DNA of 63,819 bases, filler included, from Reticulomyxa filosa (lineage: Eukaryota > Protista > Foraminifera), in NCBI GenBank assembly GCA_000512085.1. It is 22 parts of 22 records of this genome, joined end to end, with 100 filler letters (N's around TTAATTAATTAA, not from the genome) between each part and the next. Parts side by side here need not be neighbours in the genome. Positions count along the whole stretch, not along the records: positions 38,329 to 39,599 come from ASPP01022157.1; positions 39,700 to 41,212 come from ASPP01035640.1; positions 41,313 to 42,370 come from ASPP01015511.1; positions 42,471 to 44,328 come from ASPP01005995.1; positions 44,429 to 47,465 come from ASPP01022174.1; positions 47,566 to 48,822 come from ASPP01023203.1; positions 48,923 to 54,381 come from ASPP01026244.1; 15 more parts are not named here. The stretch is one strand, 5' to 3'. A model generated the notes under the pieces. That model was not told the DNA's origin and did not search any database. It saw only the letters and a list, made by a program, of their open reading frames with translations. The position numbers were made by a program, and so were the translations under genes. This document shows, piece by piece, positions 38,750 to 52,043 of this stretch (positions within the stretch are counted from its first letter, which is position 1; each line of letters starts with the position of its first letter).

Positions 38750-39599
38750 CTAAATGATCATTGTATGTGAGATTGTAACGAAATAAAGTAGTAAAAAAAC
38801 ATATAGAGTGATTATAAAGAGTAATGAAGAGTGCTCGTGGTACGTGTACTCAACCCATCCAGGCAAAACATATGAAAGAAAATTTGAACTAATAAACGAA
38901 TAACCCAAAGCCAAAATCAATAAAGGCAATATTAAGGCCAAATCAATTGCATAGCTTTTATTCGTTGTTATTTTGCTTTAAAACGAATAAAGTATACATG
39001 TTTTTTTTTTTGTAATTAACATACCAGCAAACATGCCAACACCAATAACGGCAAGTAAGGTTGCCAACAGTAGAATGAGCATCCACAAGTAGATGAAACC
39101 TGAGTAATTGTTATATCTGATTTGCTGTTGTTGCGACAATGGTAGTGGTTCTGTCGGACATGATATCACACATTGCAGTGTTTATCGGCTTGGGCGAGTA
39201 TTTATCATGTTTATGCATAGACTGTAATGTGGAGTAGTGAATATTTTCATCTATTTCCACTTGGTAGCTAACTTTTATCTCCTTTTTTTTTTTGTTACCC
39301 AATCAAAAAATATAAAAATGTTATTTGTAATAAGAAAAAAAAAAAGCTTTGAACTTGTCCATCAGATTGCGCATTTGAGTTATAACATGTCGAAAACAAC
39401 TGCAGTCCACGTGTGATCAAAAAGCTGTAACGCCAGGACATAGCGATCAAAAACGTCATCAAATGACTTTTGTTCTATCCTGTTCTCATATAGATACACC
39501 AAACAATTGTAAAGATTCGAGCGAATTTGTGTGCTCGATTGATTTACGTGGATTGCTTCTAAGCATAACTTTTCGCATCTTTCGTAGTCTCCATTTTCC
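38750..39599 (-). CDS. Hypothetical TPR-like plus multi-TM protein, fragmentary
   Basis: GDYERCEKLCLEAIHVN...SNLYNCLVYLY (TPR-like), followed by exons with hydrophobic helices (FIYLWMLILLLATLLAVIGVGMFAG; LALILPLLILALGYSF). Confidence 0.35.
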
Positions 39600-41312
39600 N
39601 NNNNNNNNNNNNNNNNNNNNNNNNNNNNNNNNNNNNNNNNNNNTTAATTAATTAANNNNNNNNNNNNNNNNNNNNNNNNNNNNNNNNNNNNNNNNNNNNT
39701 TGAATATGTTCATAAAATAAATTAATTCATTTTAGATTCTCAATCACAGTATATCCTTTTAACGTTGTAAAATTCTTCAACGTTATTTACATACAATTGA
39801 TTGACAAAACATAATTATGAAAAAAAATGTTATGTCAATTTTTTTTTGTTTTTGTTTACACAATACTGTTGTCTTTTTTTTTTTTTGTTTAATATCGTCA
39901 TTCGTTAATGAAATTATTATTTGAATACCTTGCAATCATGCAATGGCTGGCCCAGCATACATATTTCCATTCAACAATCGCTTTGACATCAAAGTACACA
40001 TTACATTTTGTGAACAAATTTCAAATTTCAGGTCTTTTATTTTTTTGCAATGTTTAATGTTTTCCACATTTTAACATTTTAGAGTGGCATGCAAATTAAA
40101 CTTTTCATCCCCCTTTAAAAAATTGAAAACAGAAAACAATCTATCAAAATGGACTGACAAATCGGATGGATTCATAAACTTACGTGACAACCATGCCAAT
40201 TTTAATTTGTCAAAGAGCAATGAAATACATTACACAAGCCAACATTGAATTAAAAGTTCCGAAAAACAACACAAAGAGAAATGCTTTATTATTCATAATT
40301 TTCACTTGAACGACGTACTATTGTGTTAATGCGCATTGGATACATACATACGCTATATATCTTAGAAAGGATTAAATTCAGATTTGCAAATACATTGGCC
40401 GACGGATGTGAAGCTGTTCACAAACGACGAATACAAAATGTCAATGGACGCACCGCCAAATACGCGTTTGGTGCCTCTCGAGTTCGTGTTGCAATTACAT
40501 TCACAAATGGCGGAAATGACGCCGGTAAGTGACAAGCGAAGACAATACCATCAACAGAAATAACAAAAATAACAATAGCAATACGTGTGTGTGTGGCAAG
40601 CAAGACAAAACAAATATATATCCTACCTCCGCAACAACAGCATCTACGTCCATATCCACGTCCACTATCAAAAAGAGAATGGTGCCGACACATTGCCCAG
40701 TGGAATGGAAGAAAGCGCATTGCGCAGGGCGTAAGTTCAAAGTGGGACGAGCTAATTGTCAAAACTCGACACTGATTTGCGGAAAGAACGATCGGACCTT
40801 GAATAAATGAAGACATAGCACAAGACAATCAAAACAACAATCAGAAGGGGATGGGTCTAGTGAGACAAGAGCTATCTCTCCAGAGAATAGTGATAAAAAT
40901 GACAAAAAACTGACATATCACAATATGTCTTTTTTTTTAAAGTAAAGTGAAGAGAATTTTAGAAATTATTGTTTTGTATCAAAATTAAAAAGTGAATTGA
41001 CAAAAGGCAATAACAAATATATTCAGTAATTAATTGAAAAAATAAAAACTTAAATCAAATTTACAAATCGCTTCTTTTTTGAAAGATAATATTATAACAA
41101 GTGTTATATTCACTTTTTACAGAATAATATTTGCCATAATCTCCATTATTGATATCTTCTCTAATATGATGTAACATAGCATTTAATGTATATCCAATCT
41201 TGTATTTTTTTTNNNNNNNNNNNNNNNNNNNNNNNNNNNNNNNNNNNNNNNNNNNNTTAATTAATTAANNNNNNNNNNNNNNNNNNNNNNNNNNNNNNNN
41301 NNNNNNNNNNNN

Positions 41313-41378
41313 GGATCTCACGCCAGCAACGCAGTGTGTTGGTCGCTCTGTCAGGTCCTTCGCTTCGCTCAGGACGAC
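41313..41378. repeat. Bacterial REP-like palindromic element, left arm truncated by the contig edge
   Basis: The contig starts GGATCT and carries AGGTCCTTCGCTTCGCTCAGGACGAC at 41353-41378. This matches the remembered intergenic repeat GTCATCCTGAGCGAAGCGAAGGATCT...AGATCCTTCGCTTCGCTCAGGATGAC. Confidence 0.7.
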
Positions 41379-41391
41379 CTGCGCTCTCGCC

Positions 41392-41400
41392 TGCTATCAT
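41392..41400 (+). promoter_or_regulatory. Putative extended -10 promoter (TGcTATCAT) for a leaderless purT transcript
   Basis: TGnTATCAT ends 6 nt before the ATG at 41407, and no Shine-Dalgarno sequence precedes the ATG. Confidence 0.45.
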
Positions 41401-41406
41401 CGCCCG

Positions 41407-42370
41407 ATGAAAATCAAGAAATTCGGCACGCCGCTCAAGCCCTCCGCGATCAAGCTCATGATGTTGGGCTCGGGTGAGCTCGGGAAGGAAGTGGTCATCG
41501 AGGCGATGCGCTTCGGCATCGAGGTCATTGCCTGCGACCGCTATGAAGACGCGCCGGCCATGCTGGTGGCCAACAGTTCCTACGTCTTTGACATGCGCGA
41601 CGGCGGGGCGCTGCGCCATGTCGTGGAGACGGTGAAGCCCGACTTCATCGTGCCCGAGATCGAGGCCATCGCCACCGACACGCTGGTCGACCTGGAGAAG
41701 GAGGGCTGGACCGTCATCCCGACGGCGCGCGCCGCGCAGCTCACCATGGACCGTCGCGGCATCCGCAGGCTCGCGGCCGAGAAGCTCAAGCTGCCGACCT
41801 CGCCCTATCGCTTTGCCGCCAGCCTCGAGGAGCTGCAGGCGGGCGCCGAAGCCGTGGGCTTTCCCTGCTTCATCAAGCCCACCATGTCGTCGTCCGGGCA
41901 CGGCCAGAGCGTCGCGCGCAAGCCCGCCGACATCGCCAGGAGCTGGAAGATCGCGATGGAGGGCACGCGCGCCAGCACCGGGCTGGTGATCGTCGAGGGC
42001 GCCATCGACTTCGACTACGAGATCACCCTGCTGACCGTGCGCCACGAGGGCGGCTTCGGCTTCTGCGAGCCGATCGGCCATATCCAGGTCGACGGCGACT
42101 ATCGCGAGAGCTGGCAGCCGCATGCCATGTCGAAGCCGGCGCTGCGCAAGGCGCGCGATATCGCGAAGAAGGTCGTGAACGCGCTGTGCGGCGCCAAGGG
42201 CCGCGGCCTGTTCGGCGTCGAGATGTTCGTGAAGGGCGACCAGGTCTGGTTCTCCGAACTGTCGCCGCGCCCGCACGACACCGGCATGGTGACCATGGTC
42301 ACCCAGAACATGAGCGAGATGGAACTGCACGTCCGCGCCATCCTCGGCCTGCCGATCCCCCAGATCACCT
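41407..42370 (+). CDS. purT: Formate-dependent phosphoribosylglycinamide formyltransferase (bacterial), 3'-partial
   Basis: GTPL...[67 protein letters not shown] and [13 protein letters not shown]. Strong GC3 bias. Confidence 0.97.
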
Positions 42371-42470
42371 NNNNNNNNNNNNNNNNNNNNNNNNNNNNNN
42401 NNNNNNNNNNNNNNTTAATTAATTAANNNNNNNNNNNNNNNNNNNNNNNNNNNNNNNNNNNNNNNNNNNN

Positions 42471-42514
<44 letters not shown>

Positions 42515-42519
42515 TAAAC

Positions 42520-44230
42520 GAAACTGCTGGCCTCGATTTTTTCATAAAATCAGCTAATTTGGCCGCCAATTGCCTTGCTTCCTGGTGCGGTGAACAAAGA
42601 TGCAACATTACCAAAGCCAAAGCTTCGACACCATTTAATCCGTGGCTTTCGTACGCTTGCATGTTGCCAACAAAGTTGTTGACTAGAGACCGCAAATAAC
42701 CCAAAGAAATCTCCGTGACGGCACTGGTGGAGGCATGTGTACTTTCGCCATCTTTGGTCTGTCGCCAATGCGTGTGACTCAGAGTGACTTTGTGACGAGG
42801 CTCTGACTCCAAATTATTGTTGGAATTGCCATTTCCTGACAGAAACAGGGATAATCTTTTCGGCTTGCCACTGGGACGTTTGGCAACGGCTGCCAGAGGT
42901 GCTGTTGATGGTATAGGCAGCGGCGCAGACAACGACGGTTGTGGAATGTTTCCGATGCTTAAATTGACTTTCTCATCATCGTTATGTGAGGATAACAGTC
43001 TGGTGCCTCGTCGCTTATCCAATTGATTGTCGCTCAATCCCAAGCTGATAAATTCATTGTAATCTTTTAACAAACAGAGAGAAAAGATATAAAACACAAT
43101 AACACCATTTGAAGTGTTTTGTTTATATACATATATAAATAAATAAATAAATAAATAAATATATACATAATATACATATATGTGTATACGTATATGTATA
43201 TCTACATCGTGTATGATTTGTATTCAAAACATGAGTGAAGACGACAGCTTTGCTCAATGAAATGATTAATCAAATGACCATTGTACTTGAAAATGGCGTC
43301 CATGCCGTTTTGCGCGAGTTCTCGAAGTCTTGGATTGGAATGCAGCAAATTTTTTTCCAAAGAATTGAGTAGCTTCCGCTCCAACTTTGGCTCTCCGATG
43401 GACCCCAAATTGATGAGCCCGACCAAGCATTCAGCAATGCTTATCTCCAATTGTCGCCCAATTTCCTCGAGCTCCTCTGTGCTTTGGTTCAGCATTCGCT
43501 TTTGCTCGACCTCTTCTCCCAGCACGTCCAGCACGGGATTGATCCACGCCTGAATGAAATCCAGTAAATTCGTACGCGCACGAGGATTCGATAACGCAAT
43601 GGGTTTTTTGTGAAGACGGATGCGACGAGTACCTTGAGAAGGGCACTTTATATACGTAATATATTTCATTTGGTCAATGTTTATGTTTGATATGCATATG
43701 TGTATATGTATTGTATATCGTTTTTCATTTCCTATTCTTGTCCCACTTAACATCTAAATAAGGATCGAACTCGTACTTTGGATTCTTTCTTCTATAAACG
43801 AAAAAATTGTCGCAACAATTTGACAGCATACAAGATCAGATAAAAGTTTCTTGAGTTGAGCAAGCGATTTTTATCGACCAAATACACATTGGCGAGGATG
43901 ACTTTTTCCAACGCTGTTTGCAAAATCAGCGAGCGATGGAAGTTGTATTCCGACTTTTTGTCAACGACAGCCTTGTTGGTGAAAATCATTGTCAGCAAAA
44001 GCAGCGTTGGGCCGTGGCAATAAAACGACTCTTCCATTTTGTTGTACCAATCTTTATACTCTTGCGAGCTGGGAAGAACATCGACAGGAGCACGCTCGAA
44101 TACGGTGAACATTCGCAGCACAATTGCTCGCACACCTGTATCTCCATGCGATTGATCGGTTCAAGCAATGGCATTAGGATTTCGTAATACGGGCATTTGT
44201 CGAGCAGATCGATTATCTGGGAGCATTCAA
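42520..44230 (-). CDS. Furry/Tao3 (MOR2-PAG1)-like large scaffold protein, internal exons
   Basis: LHSNPRLRELAQNGMDAIFKYN...FIEQSC and ALALVMLHLCSPHQEARQLAAKL resemble the remembered MOR2-PAG1 mid region. At least three exons are separated by TA-rich introns. Confidence 0.5.
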
Positions 44231-44519
44231 CACAGCAATAAAGAGAGAGAGAGAGAGAGAGTTAGTTTTTTATTTGTGTTACTATTTGTCAGCTATTCAT
44301 ACGTATATATGCATATATATATATATATNNNNNNNNNNNNNNNNNNNNNNNNNNNNNNNNNNNNNNNNNNNNTTAATTAATTAANNNNNNNNNNNNNNNN
44401 NNNNNNNNNNNNNNNNNNNNNNNNNNNNATCAAATTCCAATTGCAAATTCGGTGAGTAAATACATTTTCTTTAACTATTGGCAGCACACGTATACATTAT
44501 ATGTATGCATTTTTTTTAA

Positions 44520-46660
44520 ATCAGAACCTGTTACATATGGAATTGACAACGTTAGAAAATGATCTGAAGCAAGCAAAAACGGAAATGGATCACTCATTGT
44601 CGCTGATGTCGATGAATTTGAACAACAATAAGCATGAAGATGCAACATTTTGGCGCATGGAAATTATACAATTTTGAAGATGATCTGGAACGAAAAAGAG
44701 TTTTATTGCAGTCCAATGCATTTACTCGGAAGATCGAGATACCCAGAAAGAAAATTGTTTTTACTGCTTCAAATTTGTGGAGGATTTTAGTTACGAAAAA
44801 GAAAGAAAACAACTTCATAATTACACATAAATACGTAAAAAGAATGCGTACGTACATATTTTCTTGTAAGTGCTTTTTTTTTTTTGGAGACGTGACGATG
44901 AAACAGAAAAATGAAGACAAGTGGACTAGTACTGACAAAAAACAGTGACTGTTCCTGGACATTTGACAACATTTTGAATATTGTTGTAATATTTTCAAAA
45001 TTAAAGCAGGAATTCATGTTTTGATTATGGGAGAAACAGTTAATTTTTTTTTAAATGCTGACAAAGCAAAATCAAAAACAAACAACAACAATAACAACAA
45101 AAATGAATAAAACAATGCACTAAAATATAGTTATGTGGCAAAACAACATCAAGTGATGTACACAGTGGGCAAGGAGTGTAACAGTTGCAACAAGATTTGC
45201 AGCAACATCTGAAAAATGCAGAAGAATGGTCGGGAAGCATTCACTTGATATTTTTGAACGAAATCAATGCAAGTCATGACGTTGGTGCGTTCAAAGAAGT
45301 ATTTTGTGATCATAGTTTGAAGGAAAGAGAATTTTCGGCAAACGTTGTGATCATATGTGCATTGAACCCTTTCCGAAATTGTAAAGAACAATGAAAAGAG
45401 TCTCAATATCAACAATATTACATTGACGACTTGGATAAAGAAATGTGAGATATGTGGCTCGTTGTCCGAGTTCGACGAGCAACAAACATTGCACTCATTA
45501 CCACCGATTCATGGTCGAACAAATTCGAATTTTGGACAAACTGCAATGGTTTAAAGGAACTGAAGATAACGTCAAAGAAAGAGAAAACACATTGAAAACT
45601 TTGGAAACACTCAAATTTGCCTTCATTAATTGCATCTTTGAGTCTCAAAAATTCTTAAGGTAATTTTTTCTAAAAACGTTTATATGTATGTTTTTAAATC
45701 AGCTTTAACAACGCTACTACTATCGGTTAAATGTCGAGCAAGTGCTCATACGGCAACGCCATCCAGCAAAAGCTCGTCGAAAAGTCACATCAACATATCG
45801 AATTCGAGCAAACGGTGGAACAAGAGCAGTGGTGTTATGCCCGAAAACTGGAAGTCTCGCCTGGAATTGCGTTCAATCTCGCTTTTCGAGAAAATTTGTT
45901 TGGTCACCAAGACTCCTACCATTGTTCACTTGCAACATATACGTAATACTTATGTACATATTGAGTGTACGTATTTTTTTTTAAAAAAGGATCATTCAAG
46001 ACATTAGCAATGGCAACACTACAAGCAAAATTGGCGTCTTCAAGTAAAAATAAGTCGTTGATACAAATGGGCTTTGGCAACTTTTTCGTAGTTTCTTTCT
46101 AATGTTCGAAGTTGAAAACGGTGGATCTGATTGAAAAACGATGTGAAATTGCTATTAGCTTTCGCGAGAGATTGGAACAGTTGAAAACTGATTTTTTGTT
46201 TGTTTGTATACGTAGTGTATGTGCTTATGACGCAAGAAAATGAAAACATTGAAAAAAAAAATATACTGTCCGAATATTATCGACAGAAGACACTATTCAA
46301 TAAAGGCAAAGAACAAGTGAACAAAAGCGTAGTGTTTGCATTGGACGATGTAGGACTGGCCGAGCAATCCAAACATCGTCATCTGAAAGTACTATATCAA
46401 TTGTTGGAAGAAGATGATAGAAAATTGTTTGTGTGTTAGATCTTGTAAGAGAAAAAGAAGATTAAAGAAAGCTTGGCATTAGAAAATAAGTGATTGGACT
46501 TTTTCGGATACGAGACTTTTATTCACTGTGCAGCTACTTGAAGTATTGAGTGGAAATCCGAAAGGATGTGTTAATGAGAAATTTTGGCGGAATGCAAAAG
46601 AGTAAACTGAATCGTTCTTGTTACCGAAAATTTCCAAGCACTTGCTTGTGAAGATATTTG
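44520..46660 (+). pseudogene. RNF213/mysterin-like AAA+ ATPase, decayed copy
   Basis: IKAGIHVLIMGET, intron, CGKT (Walker A); LIFLNEINASHDVGAFKEVFCDH...VIICALNPFR; VVFALDDVGLAEQSKHRHLKVLYQLLE (compare RNF213 VVLLDEVGLAEDSPxMPLKxLHxLLE). Many stops, shifts and deletions. Confidence 0.75.
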
Positions 46661-46966
46661 TGAAGCTTATTCGCATTTGCGGTTGATCGATGACAATATA
46701 CGGCAGACGCGTATGTACAGTCCCCAAGCAAAGACAAAGTCGTCAATGTTGGCAACAAATACGATGAATATGAACACGACGAATACAATGAACACAATGA
46801 ACATAAACATTATGAATACAGCACAAATACAAACAACAAGAACGCAAATACGCACATGGAAACTGTCACGAACACGAATCTACATTTTTATAAACCCCCA
46901 AACCAAGTTAAGCAAGCCTGATATTTGTATTGCAATATTTTTGCTTGATTACACAAGTATATAAAT

Positions 46967-47465
46967 CTATATAGTGGGTAATGTGTTAACAGCAGTCAGC
47001 TTGAGTGGCGATAAGTTATGAGCTTTGATATAGCTCATAAATTGTTGTGGAATTTCCTTCAAATTTTCTTTGGAAAGTTTCGCGAAGCGTGTGTATGTGA
47101 ATCCAATCACATGGCCATTGGCGTCCTTAAGAGGCTTCGAGTAATCGCGTAATGATACAAATTGGACAATGTCACGTTTGACAGCTTTGCCTTGCGAATT
47201 CTTCACCTCTCCGCTGTCAGCATCTAATGCTTCTATTTGAGTAAAATCGGCCAGCCCAACTCCACAATAATGATCGACAATGACAGTACTTATTTGCCAC
47301 CAATACAATCTTTCAAGTTAAAAAAAAAAAAGAAAGTTGACATATGATGTTTCTAACCGCTTTTTTTAAACAAATGCAACTAAACAAATCCTTGGTTTCT
47401 TTGAAATCATTGATAACATCACCCGTCAAAACTAACAAGGTGAAATATTGAATTTTGTTTCTGAC
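46967..47465 (-). pseudogene. Copine vWA domain, C-terminal part (frameshifted; pseudogene or sequencing error)
   Basis: QYFTLLVLTGDVINDFKETKD, intron, LSIIIV / GVGLADF...LDAD...KRDIVQFV...LKEIPQQFMSY. Frameshift near 47270. The canonical TDG appears as TGD. Confidence 0.8.
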
Positions 47466-48033
47466 NNNNNNNNNNNNNNNNNNNNNNNNNNNNNNNNNNN
47501 NNNNNNNNNTTAATTAATTAANNNNNNNNNNNNNNNNNNNNNNNNNNNNNNNNNNNNNNNNNNNNTCGATTGATTCGATTGATCATTTATCGACACAATC
47601 AAATGTGGGGTCCGGATATCATCGCTGATATCCAAACTCTGCTGTTTGCGAGTCCTTATTCTTCTTCTTTTTTTTCTTCGATCTACTGTCGACGAACGTA
47701 TCTCTGTGGTTTGTGGCAAAGGCGTACATGCATCTTCCAGCACTGGGCCTACTCTTCAGAACGAACTGATGTCATGATAACCCTGCCTTGTTCTTCAAAA
47801 CATTTCCGCCACATGTCGATTTTTTTTGTTCACAACTTATTTCTTAGTTGATTATTTTTTAGTTTTTTTAAAACACACTAAAAATTGATTATCTTTTTCC
47901 AATATCATTAAATACTTATTAAAAAAAAAGGCAATACTTTGAAACAGTTGAATTTTTTCAGATCAATCTTAAACCAGCATAAAAATAATATCATGTTTTT
48001 GCACTTTTCGCATTACCCCTTTGCGTTTGGAAA

Positions 48034-48822
48034 ATGACCACATCCAAACAGGTCCAATGTTTGTACGACCATGTCTTTTGTATACATGAGCCGATGGAAA
48101 GGGCAATGACCGAAATCAGTTGCCCGCATGACCATAATACCACCAATAGCAATGGTAATACGTGTACTCTGCAGACCCCACAGACGAGTGTGGTGATGCC
48201 GTTGGCCAAGCAGAATCATGGTCCGCTCCTACCGTCGATTGGCACGGGGCCCAAGTCGGCGACGAGTTTTGCGCAAGTGCGTTGTGAAGTCTCGAGCAGT
48301 ATTGGCATTGCAATGAAACACATTCTGTTCGGCCAACTCGTCGATTTCACCAAAAAGAGCAAGCACTACACGACGATGACGACGTGAGCTGCAATGGATG
48401 GAATATGATCGATATTCTACATGACACAGATCAACGCGAAAAGAATTAACTTTTGTCTGCGTTTACAGCCAACGTATCATCTTGGAAACACACTTTGGTA
48501 CTCTTTTACTGTTTTCATTTATATGCACGTAATGTATGTATGTGTAAATGTATGTATACGTAAAAAAAGATGAAAGTAAATAAAGACAATGCCTTGATAA
48601 ACAAAGGACACAAATCCATTCGGTCGTTTGGAAGTGAAAGTCGGCTTGCTCACGTACAGAATGAAACAATATGTTTCGCTTGCAACACCATGTGTTTGAA
48701 CTCTTTGTTTTCGGTGCAAATAATCGGAAGCCGTATCAACAAAGACATATATTACCAACGAAGGCCTATTACAAATCCCGTCAACTCTCGAGTGGGCTCT
48801 GAATCAAAAAATATTACGTGCT
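48034..48822 (+). CDS. Hypothetical protein, fragmentary
   Basis: Locally GC-richer coding-like frame from the ATG at 48034, with a probable frameshift near 48355 and a TA-rich intron near 48499-48605. No motif recognised. Confidence 0.3.
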
Positions 48823-49050
48823 NNNNNNNNNNNNNNNNNNNNNNNNNNNNNNNNNNNNNNNNNNNNTTAATTAATTAANNNNNNNNNNNNNNNNNNNNNN
48901 NNNNNNNNNNNNNNNNNNNNNNCACATGTTCTATAGTGATTTCCTGTCCAATCACAACTAATCATTACCACCTCATCTAATCTTTTTTATTTATTTATTG
49001 TTGATGTTTGGACACAAAACTTTGGTTTTCTACAACTGGCTCAAAGTAAC

Positions 49051-49283
49051 CTGTCGAACGTGCTGCACATAGCAAAACTCCACCGTCCATCAGCCTTGAG
49101 CGTAGTTCAAGCACGATAATTTCGGCAATGGTTTTAGCAGTTCCGCAATGTCAACCGTGGCAGTCGAGGCAACGTCCGAACTTTGTGACTGTTGTTGATC
49201 TGACCCAGAATTTCCCGAAGTTTCGAGGACGTGGCCGACATTACTTGCTGTTGTTGTTGCAATGGGACTTTGGGGACTACTTT
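49051..49283 (-). pseudogene. OS-9/XTP3-B (erlectin) MRH-domain fragment with an in-frame TGA
   Basis: IAELLKPLPKLSCLNYAQG*WTVEFCYVQHVRQ, then a GT donor, matches the MRH start C...GWWTYEFCY.KHVRQ. The TGA at 49090-49092 replaces the first Trp. Not in the ORF track. Confidence 0.7.
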
Positions 49284-50273
49284 TTAAATATCATTTTAGT
49301 TTTTTATTAAATCTTTCCAATTGTTTAAAAAATTTGAATATTTTATTGCTTTTTGAAAATTTTCGAGAAAAAGTTGACAATCGTGCATACGTCGTAACCA
49401 TGAAACTTGCCAACTTTTTTAAAAGAATTTTCAAAAAGTTCTCAAAGAGTAGATATTTGTAAAAAAAACGATTAGTCCTACGTTGCGTAGTTTTTGAGAA
49501 AACTCAATTTTTTGTTAACAAAAAAATTTTTTTTTTCAAAAAATTACAATTTGGTTAAATCACTTTTTGCATTGCATACTGCTTATATTTTCTCTAGCAT
49601 TGATTTTGTTAAATTTGCGCATGCTTCTTTGTCATTTTTTTTACAATTTAATTCAAATTGTTTCAGGATTCCTCTTTCGATCAGAATGGTCCATTTTTAA
49701 ATATTTTTGTTTTCACTATCCACCACAGATTTTCGATTTGCTTCAGGTCTGAAGAATTTGAAGTGAAATTCAATATTTTGATATCGTTTTGTTCAAATTT
49801 CTGTGTGACTAGTGGTATTATCTTGCTGAAATATACAATTTACATTATCTTCTAAACACAAATTAATGCTTTCTGAGCATTTCATCACATAAAATTTCAT
49901 TGTAAAAATATTCATTGACACATCAATTAATGTTACATGCATAAACATGCCCTAACATTACAAAGCAAAACCACACATTATGCTTCCAATACTAATTTTT
50001 GATGTTTTTATGATGAACGTCAGCTCCCATTTACGCACACATTCATGACTTACACAAAATTGTTTTGCAGCTTTGATCAAACTTCAGCACTGATGCAACA
50101 GTTCAACAGCAAGTCTTTTGTTAAAATTCTCAATACTTTGCAATTTTCAAAAAAAATTAAAAAACTCAAATATCGAACGACATTGATCTAAAAAAAAATA
50201 AAGGATAAAATCTTGAAATAATTAGGAAGATTTAATAAAAAACTAAGTTCAAAATGATATTTAAAAACTACTT

Positions 50274-50390
50274 GATTTGTAGATATTTTTAAAAAAAATT
50301 AGGCTGGATGTTGTTTTTTCATGAAGAAAATCAATCATCTCTATAAGGGCCGTTTTATGTGTCAACTTTACTTTGCATTCTACAGTATCT
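50274..50390 (+). repeat. Dispersed non-coding repeat, copy 2 (copy 1 at 7559-7689)
   Basis: Same collinear blocks as 7559-7689. Confidence 0.75.
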
Positions 50391-52043
50391 TTTTATTTTT
50401 ATAAATAGCTTTTATGACATAGGGACATCATAATGATCAAGTCCCAATCCGTTTTCGAACATATATATGATCCAATTGAAGCACGACTATCCAATACAAT
50501 GATGATTCCATTTACTGATTTTTTTATCAACCAACATTTTTTTTTTAATCATTTATTTGTTAATTTTATTATATTGTCAATAGTCATGTCATCACATTGT
50601 TTGATTTGTTCAAGAAAAAAAAACAAATACACACAAATACTTTTTGTGGATTACCATTTTCCACCACTATGTGCGAGATCGGGAAGATTAGTCTTGCGTT
50701 GTTAAGTAAAAACTTTTCACGTTTGGGGTAAAAGAGTCATTTACAAACAATTGCATATAGTCAACAATTTCTTTCAATAGTTTGTGATTTTAAAATAATT
50801 TGCGTTGACAAAAATAATCTGACATTGATATATACCAGTTTGTTTTTTACTACATAAACCAAATTTCTTTTCTCAAAAAGAAATAAAACGAAAATATAAT
50901 CATATTACATACATAATGCGAGAACTCTTTTTGTCATTTAAAAAATTACAATAAAAACTATATAAAACAATGATTAAATCAATTAATTAAATTATCTCCA
51001 AATTTGAATAGAATTTAATGTACTAACTTTTGAAACATTGCCACATTCTAGAGAAAGATATGTTGACAACAAATTTTGCGATACACAGCTGAAAATATTT
51101 TTACAACTTTACATATAATGCAATAAAAAAATTCTTTTGTCATCATTTTACCAAACATTAAAAAAAAACAAAATACTGAAGATACTTGTTGTACTTTTTC
51201 ATATACAGAAAATTCTTTAAATATTGGCTTTTCTCAACTGCTGGAACTGGAATTTCAAAATGAAATGCAAAGATTTAAAGAAGTTAAAATTCAAGATCAT
51301 ATAAAGAATAAAAAAAACTCACGAATGATTTATTTTTTTTAATCCACATTGATTTGGTTGTATCAATTTTCAACGCAATTGTCTAAAGAAATCATAATCG
51401 TTGTTAAAAACAGTGTTGGAGTACAAGACAGAGAATGAAAAAGAGAACAAAAAAAAGACGACAAAAACGGGAATGTATTATGTATTGGGAACATATGTGA
51501 AAGAATTCGACAAATCGAATATTGATTTAAGTTTATTGCAAGTAGAAGCCAAATTACCAATGTGGAATTGAGATCAGATGCATTAGATTTCTGAACTTGC
51601 CATTGTCTATTCGATTGGATTTTGTAGTGAAGATTGTAGTAGAAGTTGATTGGGTAAAATTATCATCGAAGCCCACACGAATTGAATTGGAAGATTGGTG
51701 ATGCAAATGATTAAAACAATGTTATTTCGAGCGTACCTTCAACTGTTGGCAGATATTAAAAATGTTATGTCAACAAAATTGCATAACATCAAATCTTGCA
51801 AAAGTGTCTATTTATATTCTTATCAAATCAGAATTTGTTTATGGTACTTTTATAAATATTATGTTGAAAATCACATAATATATTGCCGACAAAATGAAAA
51901 AATAAATGTTGAATTTAATCGATTTAAAAGTACTGCATCAAAAGTAACAAAAAACTCAGTTTAACAAATGCGGTTTTTGATTGCTTTCGCTTGGGGAAAA
52001 AATAAAATAATGAAACCCTAAATAATATAGTTTTTTATTATTA

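Noticed and set aside
41257-42330. 357-aa antisense ORF opposite purT
   Set aside because: A shadow ORF caused by high GC3 codon bias. The plus strand carries all PurT motifs.
30764-42370. Horizontal transfer of bacterial genes (LuxR, purT) into the eukaryote
   Set aside because: Each bacterial segment is a whole contig bounded by linkers, and no junction with host DNA is visible.
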